In this document: positions 37,650 to 48,437 of the stretch, one piece after another
How positions within the stretch are numbered: the stretch's first letter is position 1
Layout: each line of letters starts with the position of its first letter
Source of the DNA: Epiperipatus broadwayi
Taxonomy: Eukaryota > Animalia > Onychophora
Direction of reading: 5' to 3'
Assembly: GCA_028023455.1 (NCBI GenBank)
Contig: JAQFVV010000006.1
Coordinates: 8,618,001 to 8,682,000, forward strand
DNA: 64,000 bases
Translations under genes and position numbers: made by a program
The notes under the pieces: model-generated
What the model saw: only the letters and a program-made list of their open reading frames with translations
Databases searched by the model: none
What the model was told of the DNA's origin: nothing

Positions 37650-40172
37650 TTACATTCGTATTAATAATCTGATGTAGGTATTTGTAATTGTTAACTTCCA
37701 ATTCATGATTACCAATCCTTATTTTCTTTTTTTTGAAAGATTCCATTGAACATTACTTTATTATCTTTAATCCTAATTTCTTACTTTTACCTGAGAATTC
37801 TTGAAACATTTGCTCAAACTAGGAAGCATTATTTGCAAAAATTTAGATGATGTCAATAATCTCCAATTACTTTTAACTTACTTTTTTAATTTACAAAACA
37901 GTTCTTGTAAAACTGCTTATATAAAATTTTGGAGATATGATACACCCAATCACAGTCCCTTATCAATGGTATAATCTTCTTAGTATTTTTATGTAATTCA
38001 GTCATTGTTGTTGCATTTTGATAAATATTCTTCAGAATATGGCATTATTCTGGATCTATATCTTTAAGATTCAATATGTAAATCACAGAAGAAATAATTA
38101 TAGAATCAAATACTTTTTTGTAATCTCTAAATTCAAAGTACAGTGGCAATTCTTATTCAGTGGTGTTTTCTGTAATTTCTCTTAATATGTAGATGTGAAA
38201 ATGACTTAAATTCAGTTTATTTTTTTTTTGAGTAGTCAAATCCAAAGTTTGCTGTAGATAGGTTATATTTATCTTGGTCAAGATTATGTGCAGAACTGGC
38301 AAAGACTGATAGAAGTTATAATTATCTTGATAAAGATTTTGTGTAGAACTGACAAAGACCGATAGATTTGTAATTTCTAATCATCTTTGTCATTTAGACA
38401 TTTGGTAACAGTTTTTCTATTTTTTTCACTTTTTTTAAGATATTGATTATAATTCCACCATTTCCTGGAAACTCTTCTTCATTTATTAAAAAGCTGGGCA
38501 ATTGAGATGTAATAATTGTAAGGAATACTTTATTTTCTTGTTATATAATTTTTTTATAGAACTCTTCAACGCATTTTATAATATCATCTTTTTAATAATA
38601 GTTTGATCTTTTTTTTTCTTATTACAAAAATAACTTTCCAATATCAAAATGTTGTTTTACACTTTTTAGACTTTCATTATCTTCTATAGTTTTCCTTGCC
38701 AAATCATAATTATATTTTTCCTATATGATTATTAATTCTTTTTCATAGAATTTTACATATACAGGTATTCAATTCTTCTCAATAGATCATTTTTATATAT
38801 TCTCATATTACTTTTCTCCACACATTGTAGTATCTCAGTAAAAAATGTATTGATAAATTGTTTTTTTTTTATAACAGCTGTCTTTGTTGCACTTCTTAAT
38901 AATGTATTAGTTATTATCTTCCTATTGATTTCTTACCAATCTAAACTGTCTTCAAAATCTATTGATATATTTTAATTTAAATTCATTTGAGGGTTTCTGA
39001 AGGTTAGGAATATCAACTGTTAATATTATTTGGCTTAGTAATTTTTGTCTGGTTTTGTATTAACATGTATCTTGATTTCACTAATAAATAATCATTTCCT
39101 GTGTTAAAACTGTTAAGAACGTTACAATCTTGAAAATATAAACCAAGACTTCTTTACCTCCTTTGGATATTTCTATTTTCGTTTAGCACTTTTCTCATAG
39201 AAGGAATTCATAATACAGTGTTTTTTATTCTGCTAACTCCACTAATCTGTCCTACTCCATTTTTCTACTACTACCAAATTTGCAATATTGTAATCTTTCA
39301 ATTGTTTATCAATTCTAGATTTGGTCGGACTAATTATAAGTATTTTTTACATCTATATAAAAATGATCTGCTTCTTCAACTTAGTGAGAAGTTTGCGCAC
39401 AATCCTGAATTTATGTGCATTTATCTTCCATTAAGTTGAACAACTAATCTTGTCACTGTTTGATAAATATTTGTCTCCACAAACATACTTTTTTATTTTA
39501 TAATTAATACCATTCCACTTCTACTTCAAATATTAAGGCCTTTGTAGTAAAACATATGTCCCTTTTTAAATCATCTGGTCACTTTTTTTTTCTTAATTCA
39601 TAAAACATATTAATGTACCATTTTATAATATTGGATAATTCTTTCACTTCATGCAGTCTTTCTTTACTTGAATATGATCTGCAGGTGTAAATTTCTAAAT
39701 AAAAGGTTATCGTTGAATGGCAACCTGAATTTGCAATTAGAGGATTCTTAGCATCTTTTGCTTTCGGCCATCAATAGCTGTCTTGACTAATAACTTTATG
39801 TCCTCTTGGTAATGATAGTCATAGTTTACTTTTTTCTGTCATGAATGAGAATATTTATTAAAAAAGTTAATTCATACGCACTCATTCTATCTTCAAGAAA
39901 ACATTTCAGTTAAAATTTGTCAGATAATTGAGAAGAAAGATCATGCTTTTTTTTTTATAGCTTAACAAGTTAATAATTCATTCCTTGCTTGTTGCTTGTT
40001 GGTGAGCAGCTCGTCTTTGTTTGTTTACTATATAAATAAACATGTAGTAATAACAGCTGCAATGACGAGAATGTATGGAGTGAACATTAGGAATTTGCCC
40101 TGCTCAAATCTTTAAAGCCTCGAAGAGGAATAGTATGTCTTTTTAATTAACTGCTTATTTTTTTCTGCAGCC
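37650..40172 (-). mobile_element. RTE LINE copy 2, same family as copy 1, older and more decayed
   Basis: Colinear DNA similarity with 1-2364 (e.g. 40050-40130 vs 2238-2330; TCAACTGT..ATATT; ACATGTATCTT; CATATGTCC). RT remnants extend to ~37650; internal ~53-bp tandem duplication at 38281-38375. Confidence 0.85.
40010..40172 (-). ncRNA. HDV-like ribozyme relic, copy 2 (probably inactive)
   Basis: P1 identical to copy 1 (40172-40166 / 40061-40055); L3 UUCUCGU; P4 UACUACAUG/UAUAUAGUA. P3 decayed to ACA/CAU, J4/2 to CAAA, and the P2 3' strand has diverged. Confidence 0.65.
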
Positions 40173-42910
40173 TTTTTTCTCGGGAAACCCAGTAGCAGCT
40201 TTTTTATCAGCAGGTTATAGCTTTTCTAATACTTATAATGATTTTGAGTTTGTATCAGTTTTGGAATCTTCACAATCACCGTTACTTTCTGTTAGCCATT
40301 CATATTGTCGAAATCTCCTTAATTTTTAAGTTTTCTGACAGAATACAAGAATACTTTACTAATTTTTTTTTTCTATCACTACCAAATAAATAATTTTCAT
40401 TTTATTATAAGATGAATTTTCATAAATTTTATAAAACTTCTAGTTTTATGCTTAAGAAAATATTTTAATACGTGAAATATTAAACTTTACTATGGATAAA
40501 AAAAGCAAAGAAAAAAAGCCTATGTGCTTTCAGTATAATCTGTGGAAACATTAATAAACATTATTGATAACTGTGCTTTGAGTCAAAAAAAAAAGTATCT
40601 GTCGTTATGTCGTAAAATTTATTAAATTCATATATTTTAATTCTTTTATTATTTACTTCTATTTGGTTAGCATATAATTGAAGCAATACATATTGTTATA
40701 ATGCATATTGCGACTTCATTGTATTTATGTATTGTTTATTGTACTGTCTGTCATACAGGTGTTCGGTATTTTTCGACACATTTTAGCATCCTTTTTTATA
40801 CATTAGTATCTTTTATCATTGAATATAATGTCTTGCTCAAAAATTATCTTTTCATAGTTATATTTTTAGACATTTCAGATATGAAACCAACTGTAGTATG
40901 AATATCCTTGGGTTTTTAAGAGGTGATTCATTCTTTTTGAATATATAGCACACTTCTGAACATGATTATTTTTCTTTCATTACAAATTGGTAACTTTTCT
41001 TTTATTGTTTAAAGATAGTATTTCACACATTCTCTTAAAAAATATTGAGAAAACATTTTATTACAGTATTGTATTATATCAAACTTTTAGAAGAAATGGG
41101 GGGGAGGGGGCAAGAAAAAAATGCCTGTGCTTTCAACTTATTTAACATGAAGAAAATATAGTTAATAAATGAAATTGCATTAGATTTAATGAGATCACTC
41201 TAAAATGAAAAAATGATTGTTGCTATACTATTTGTTTTTTGCCATTAAGTTATTTTTTTATTAATTTTTAAATTATTCTACATAAATTTGTGATTAAAGT
41301 GATATACAACTTAAAGATTTTATTTGTAGCCACTTTTATAAAAGTCAAAATGTCTAATCATTTTTATCCTGAGATATGAAATGAAGATATCTATTTAAAG
41401 GAGTCGTCGTCCCCCCCTCTAAAAAAATAAATATTACATTATATAATAATTTATTTTTAAATATTTATTTAAGAATGGCATTGATATCAATTGGAAGTAC
41501 AAATGTATATTACTAAATGAATTTAGGGAATTTATACAAGTGCACACATATATGTATATATTCATATGCACAAACTTATAATAAAATATATGACCAATCT
41601 CTTAGAATATAGTATTTAAAACAGTAATTATTAACTTTGTACTGATAAATTTTTATTTTTATAATTAAAAATGTTTTTTTTTTTTTTAAAGTAAATTTAA
41701 AGTAATTTGAAACAATTCATTTCAATATATACTGTATCATAAATTAATATTTAAAAACATAAATATTATTATAGTACTTAGCCATTGATTTGTACTTCAA
41801 TGTGCATACATTTATTTTTTTCGATAAATATTTTTTTAAAAAAAAATTACTTTTACGAAAAAATTTACAAAACAAAACAAAAGTACCATTTATTGCTTTT
41901 AAAATGTATATATTTATAGATGATATGTGATACACATATGAAAAATATTCACTTAGTTTAGATTTCTGAACCCTAAACGAAACATTTGTGGAGATAATAA
42001 AGTTAAGTAATAGCTGTTTAAATAATCAGATTATTTGTTATATGTATTTTAATTATTACAATAATATAGTTTATATTTTTTTTGGGAAAGTTTTTGACTT
42101 TTTTTAATAAAAATTATTTCAAAACTCATTGCAATCTATTTCTTCTGTTTATATCACTTCTTTGGGTCATTTTTAAGATTTAAAATTTGAATATATATAT
42201 ATATTAGGAAGAATCCTCTTAAAAGGATAATTACATAATGCCAGGAAGACCTACTTTTCTTATCTCCTATTTTTTTTACATTTTCTCTCCATTAGATAAT
42301 AGTCTTATCATTGTATTTACAATCTGCTCATTTAAATCATCCTATTTTAAAAGCTATCCATGTGTAATATTTTTTAAAATATATATATATTAAAAAGTAT
42401 AATTTTTATCTTTATTTTTAAAAATAGCTATTGTCATTTTGTCTTTGTAAAAAAATTAAATTCTTAGCATTATGCTGTATCTGTATGATATAATAAATAT
42501 TGTAACTATAAAAACTTTTTTTATTTTTATATTATTTATTTAAAAATTACATTACTGCTCTTATGCTTAAATTTAAAAAGTCCACTGTGTTGTCAAGACA
42601 TCATTATACATTGACAAGAAATAGGAAGTCTTTAATTGAAATTGAATTCTTATTTTTACTTGAAATGTGTAAATAGACTATTAACCGTGATAAGTAATGA
42701 ATTGAAATTAGAACTTTGCCAAGTTTTCATAAACTTCAAATGGGAAAATATTAAATGTTTGCAGGAAAAGTAATAAATAATCATTATCTATCCTTGCAAA
42801 CAAATCACAAATCGAAATGGATTTTATTGATTTAAATTTAATCATAAGAGCTGTGCTGATGTATAATTGACCATTTAGTTTTTGTTATTTTAAGTTTACT
42901 ATATTTGTGT

Positions 42911-43136
42911 ATGTGATATTAATTCGTCTATGCTCTTTATTATTGTTTTACAATGCCTATATTACAACCCCCCCTCCCCCAATGACAGTTTCGATTGCCC
43001 CAGCAATCTTCTCAGAACTTCTATTTATAATTCTAAACCTGAAGAAGATTGCTGGAGCAATCGAAACTGTCATAGGGAGTTGTAATATAAGCATTGTAAA
43101 ACAGTAATAAAGGGCATAGATGATTTAATATTATAT
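42911..43136. mobile_element. Family B inverted pair, hammerhead core in each arm
   Basis: Plus 43039-43071: CTGAAGA A GATTG CTGGAG CAATC GAAAC T GTC. Minus 43015-42984: CTGAGA A GATTG CTGGGG CAATC GAAAC T GTC. 23-nt spacer. Confidence 0.75.
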
Positions 43137-44178
43137 GGATTTGGCAGTGCAATAGGAAAGATAAAGTTTGTGTATGTGTTTACAGAAACTGCACAAAACA
43201 TTCGAAATAGTTATACTATTCAAGTTGGACAATTATTTAAAATTATATTACTAGTAGCAAATAGTTTAATTACCATGTCTTATTAATTAGTGAAAAAAGG
43301 GAAGGGAATACATCATTTTTTACATAAACGTTGCTTAAAACTAAAACCGTTATCATTGTTCAAACTTGAATAACAATTCAGTTTAAACAGTACAAAAAAA
43401 AAATATCATCTTCATTAATTATAAAATTATTAATTACAAGGCATCAGTTATGTACTAGTAGTATGATATCTTAAATAATATAATGTCTTATTTAATTAAA
43501 AATTATGTTATTAAAATATTTTCGATATGATGATACTGTAAATATCATGCAAAGAAAACGTGTTTAATAGACTACCGAAATTTTTTTTTAAAAAAGCATT
43601 TTTCAAAATTACACACAAAAGTGTGATTGTTATTTTTATATATTGAGAACTGGCTGCATAATATAGAATTAAAATTGCTATTTGTCTGGTTTTTTTGCTA
43701 AATATTTATATATGTAAGTGAAAAATGTCATCAGTTATCTATATATTGCACAGTTTTATTTTTATTTTTAATTGCTAAGTAAAGAAATTAAAATCTTGGT
43801 GAAGTTTAGGTTTTCTTTCTGGATTGTAAATAACAAAACTGTCAGTTAGTTTTTGGCATCAGTTTATTGAATTGAGAATTATTTTAAAGATTTCAGAAAC
43901 ACGAGAAAATAAATGAATAAATATACATAGTGTTACTTTTTCATTGCAAATTTTATTTGGCATTTTATAAATATTAAGTTGAGTATTTACAATTTCTGGT
44001 ATTTAGCTTCTACCACCCCCTATCCCCCCCCCTTTTTTTTTTTCCTTACCTAAATTTGTTATTTTCAAATTCCAAGAGCTGTCTTTAAAATGTCTTTTTT
44101 AATAATGATAATAAAGATAAATATCTCTTATCATTTTTACTTGTTGCTGTTTTTTCTACCAAACTTTATCAAATTAAA

Positions 44179-44410
44179 AAGGCAATAAACCTAAAGCATA
44201 TGCGGTTGAAAATGCAAAGGTAGAGACCTCTACAGGTCTTAACCACAAGCCTGAAAATGCAAAGGTAGGGACTTCTACAGGTCTTAACCACAAGCCTGAA
44301 AATGCAAAGGTAGGGACCTCTACAGGTCTTAACAACAAGCTTGTGGTTAAAACCTGTAGAGGTCCCTACCTTCGCATTTTCAACCGCATATGCTTTAGGT
44401 TTATTGCCTT
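44179..44410. repeat. Palindromic element with internal 45-bp x3 tandem amplification
   Basis: Units 44206-44250, 44251-44295 and 44296-44340. The inverted arm 44339-44410 mirrors 44179-44250 and starts at a central AAGCTT. Confidence 0.9.
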
Positions 44411-45041
44411 AGTAAATATTACTTACGTAATCAATGTGCGTTAAATAAATTTATAATTACAAATTAAAAACTATTTGATGAATAAGTACTTCTACAGAAT
44501 GTCTTTTTTTTTTTTTATAGTTACAATATATTTAAGAGTTGAGACAACGTGATAGTTCCCCTATATTTGTGACCGCTAATTCTAAGCTATGCTATGGATA
44601 CTGAAAGTCACAGAGAAAAACTGACTTTTTTAACACATATAGGTTAATTAAAACATTCTTTGTATAGATACTGCAGGATAAAAGATTTACCATCATTCGC
44701 TCATGGAGGAGTCATGAAAGAGACTGCCGTTCTCATCAAACTTGGTATTTACAAATGGTTAGCGTTTGAATAGTAACATTTTTTCTACGTTCTAGCTAAA
44801 TAAGCTAAATACCCATTTAGTGGCTAGTGTCAGTTATCTGAAGGAAAAATCATAAGCATGTCTAGGTTGTAGGCATGGTGGACAAATGTGTTAACATTAT
44901 TACAAGGCTCTTGTTCAGTTTTTTGTTTACTTAATATAATAGTTTGTTTTTTGTTATTTATTTTATTCAAAATGAATTCTGTTATTTAAATAATTTCTCT
45001 TATTATATGAATTGTAAAAATGTTTTTTTTTTTTTTATTAG

Positions 45042-45815
45042 ATCAAAAACAATAAAGTCAAGGCCTGGAATGAATCAAAGTAAGTCCAGTATTACCAGTG
45101 GAAGTAGTAATCCTAGTGGAAATAGCAAACATCAGCAGTCTGGTAAAGCAGATAAATTGGATAAACAACAGCAGAGGCATACGCGTGGAATGACACCTTT
45201 TCATAGACGTTCGCCTGTAAATGAGGATGTTCCTATGGATATAGACCTTGGTAATACTAAACTTTCTGCTAATGTTGGTTTTGGTTATAATCGACTTCCT
45301 GGTGTCTTACCACAGTTGCAAAACAGGAATCACAATTTGGAGCAAATGCCTGTAGGATCTCCAGCTTCAGCTGCACCATCTCCTCTTGTTGCGTCTCATA
45401 GTCAACCTTCCATTAATCAGACTACAGATCCCACAATGCCTACATTAAGTCCTCACCCACCTGCCTCTAAAGAACAAGAAGGGGGTAGTGCATCAGGAGA
45501 ACCATCATTAACTTTTTCAGAATCTCAAGATGTAACACCAAGTAGTACTAATAATACCGTTAGTAATAATTCGGATCTTTTGTATAATAAGGATAGTAAC
45601 ATTGTAGTGCATAAACCTTCTGAACAGATCCTTTCACCTTATCAAAGTGGATTGGATCATAATAAAAGGACCGAGATCTTAAACTGGGCCCAGAACCAGA
45701 CACACACAGACATGAATCGGTTAAAACGGCCACGGTTGCCTTCGGATACATGTGATGATGATGATGAGGATAAAAGTGAAAGTGCATTATATGACTATTC
45801 TACTTTCACTGCATG
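45042..45815 (+). CDS. MED13: MED13 internal exon (long, low-complexity region)
   Basis: T-tract-TAG acceptor, TG|GTAAG donor, phase-compatible with exon 34213-34302; open 258-codon frame. Contains PFHRR and LKRP-LP motifs seen in MED13 proteins. Confidence 0.88.
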
Positions 45816-46141
45816 GTAAGATAGATATGTTTTACAATTAATCTTTCTAGATTAATCTATTTCATTTGGAATAATATTTATTTTATAAAAATATTAGATT
45901 TTTATCCCTTTATATATATATTTTAATTACACATATGTGCATGTAAGTACGAAAGGCTAATATGCTCAAGAGTTGGAGCAGGATCACCTTAAATTAATCA
46001 TTTGAAGATTCTTATTTTATAATAGCCTAAATTCTGTTATTTTTGTCCAATATACTTTCGATCGTCTCACAATGAGTATAATCTTGTATTTATATATTTG
46101 CCATGTTCCAATTTTTACTAATTTAATTATTATTAAATGTC

Positions 46142-46271
46142 TTAAAACAGGCAAAACTCACTATACGTATTGCCACCCACAGCAAGCTAGAGTAATCAAT
46201 GGATGCCAGAAGGCTAGTGCATAAAATCCCTATCTAGTGGCAATACGTATAGTGAGTTTTGCCTGTTTTAA
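46142..46271 (-). mobile_element. Family A 3' fragment (A6) with perfect 35-bp inverted duplication
   Basis: TTAAAACAGGCAAAACTCACTATACGTATTGCCAC (46142-46176) and its exact reverse complement (46237-46271) enclose family A sequence GTAATCAATGGATGCCAGAAGGC...CCCTATCTAG. Confidence 0.8.
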
Positions 46272-47082
46272 AACAGTTATACACAGGCATAAGAAGTGGT
46301 GGTCATGAGATGTTTATTATTAAATGTCCTGAATCATAGCATTTTACCATATCTGACTTTCCCATCTTATGTTCAGGAATGATTTAGGTTTACAGGCATT
46401 TTTGTTGGGTGATTCTAGTACTTAAATATGTATTCTTAAAAAATGTCTTCAAAAACATTTAACAGAGCACACCACATTTAAGCAATCTATTATTGGTAGA
46501 CTATTTTTAGGCTTGTTAAATAGATAATCAAAGCTTTTTTAAACAAGGCTTTGAAACTGATTCTAATGTTATTTTGGCTTTTTTTTTTTGATTGATTTAC
46601 TTAATTTATATAAGTCAGTCATATCCAGTGGACATTACTTGTACTAATATTGTTTATTAAACTCTTATTTAACTCAGAAATTCTGTTTGTTTGGGTTAAA
46701 TCTTGTAATTGATTTTTAGTATACTTCTATTGAATGGATTTTTCCAAATTTTGTACGTGTGTTGGATATTGATGACAGTACAATATTTTTGGGTTGTAAC
46801 AATGTTGGCAGACGAATTTTAGATTTTACTGATATCATTTCAATAAGTTTTCAATATGCAAATTAGATGGTGATATATTTTTTTGAAAAAAAAAGTATTT
46901 ACAGTTAATTAAAGTAGAAATAAGAAATGAGAGAAGAAACCTCCATTTCTCTTGCTTTTTTTAAAATGTTATCTTCATAAACAAAAATCTTTTAAACGTT
47001 TAAATTCTGTTTTTAAATTTGAATAGAAATAGTTACAAAAAGTTTGTTGCAAAATATCTGAATATTAAAAAGTAAAAAATAT

Positions 47083-47259
47083 TTTAGATGTAATCAGGGG
47101 GGATTTGAACACAGACTTTCAAGCTCCCTTTAGTCATCCACTACAGTTTGTGACTGATATATATCTATGTGGCCATGTGTATCGGTTATATAAGATGGAG
47201 TGGATGACTGAAGAGAGCTTGAAAGTCTGGGTTCAAATCCCCTCTAATTACATCTAAAG
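47083..47259. mobile_element. Family C inverted pair (downstream body only, tRNA B-box-like GGTTCAAATCCC)
   Basis: ~60-bp arms TTTAGATGTAAT..GGGATTTGAACACAGACTTTCAAGCTC..TCATCCACT and the inverse; matches 18037-18100 and 36320-36690. Confidence 0.75.
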
Positions 47260-47263
47260 ATTA

Positions 47264-47505
47264 TATATTACTTTTTGTAAATCTACACTTTAATACAAAA
47301 TTTTTTTATATAATTCTTTTAATTTTCTAACAGTTTCGACTGTCTTGCAAAAGCTCTGATGAAGACTGCAGGACAGTCGAAACTGTTAGAAAATTAAAGG
47401 AATTATATTTAAAAAAATTTGCATTTGTATACATGGAGATTTATAAAAAGTAATATATATGAAGGAATGCAAAAAAAGTAAAGGTGAAGATATAAGAATA
47501 ATACA
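47264..47505 (+). mobile_element. Family B copy with inverted 5' duplication
   Basis: Arms 47264-47349 / 47367-47460. Hammerhead core at 47356-47387: CTGATGA A GACTG CAGGA CAGTC GAAAC T GTT. Confidence 0.75.
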
Positions 47506-48437
47506 TCTAAAAATTAAATATATATATATTTGTATTCTAATATTAAAAATATTTTGGGAATAATGCTTTCATTTAATTGGATGGGTGATGCATTAGAAAT
47601 CACACTTTTGATTGCTTGCTTTTATTTCAAGGTAAATTTAAACAATAAACTGTGCTTGAAGAAAAAAAATATTTTTTTTTTATGGTTTTTAAACATTACT
47701 AAATGAAACTTTTTTATAAAATATTTTTTACGTATATTATTTTAATAATGCCAGTTAACTTTTATTACGTATATTTTTGCTGGACTCTTTTTTAGTTATA
47801 TATATGATTACTTTTGTAGTTTAGAAATGGTAGTTGCATCTGAATTTTAGAAAGTAGAGTAAAATTTTAACCACGATATAAGTTTTTGTAAAATAATAGT
47901 ATTCGTATTGAGGGAAAAAACTAATCAAATGCATAGACTGGATCTTAGCATTTGTAGAATAACGACCGAAAATTTAAAAATGCATAAAAGAATAAATTTG
48001 CAATGATAAAATTTCAAAACAACGAAGAATTGAAAAGTGTGAATGAAAAAAATATTCATTAGAGAAAAATTGGGCAGGGAGGGGGGCAGATATTCTGCAT
48101 TATGATTAGAATAATCTATTTTAAAATGTCTTATAGTAATCAGACAAATAGTTTTTGATTATTTACAGTAAAAATACTGTATTTTTAAGTTATTTTAATA
48201 CAAGAAGACATACATGTAAACACACCTTGTTACGGACATTTACTTAGTAAAGAGATTTAACAAAGAATTTCTTACGTTGTGTTACTTAAATCAAGCAGCA
48301 AATTTCTGCTGACTTATTTCTCAAAATTAGAAATAGATAATATATGATAACCTATGCCAGAATATTACAGCCAGATTCTCTAACTGATGGCTTTTAATTT
48401 GAAAAAAAGATTAAAAATAATCTGATAACAAAATACC

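Noticed and set aside
44206-44340. 45-bp unit as a hammerhead (shares AACCACAAGCC-GAAA with family A)
   Set aside because: No CUGANGA core and no valid helix III or cleavage triplet.
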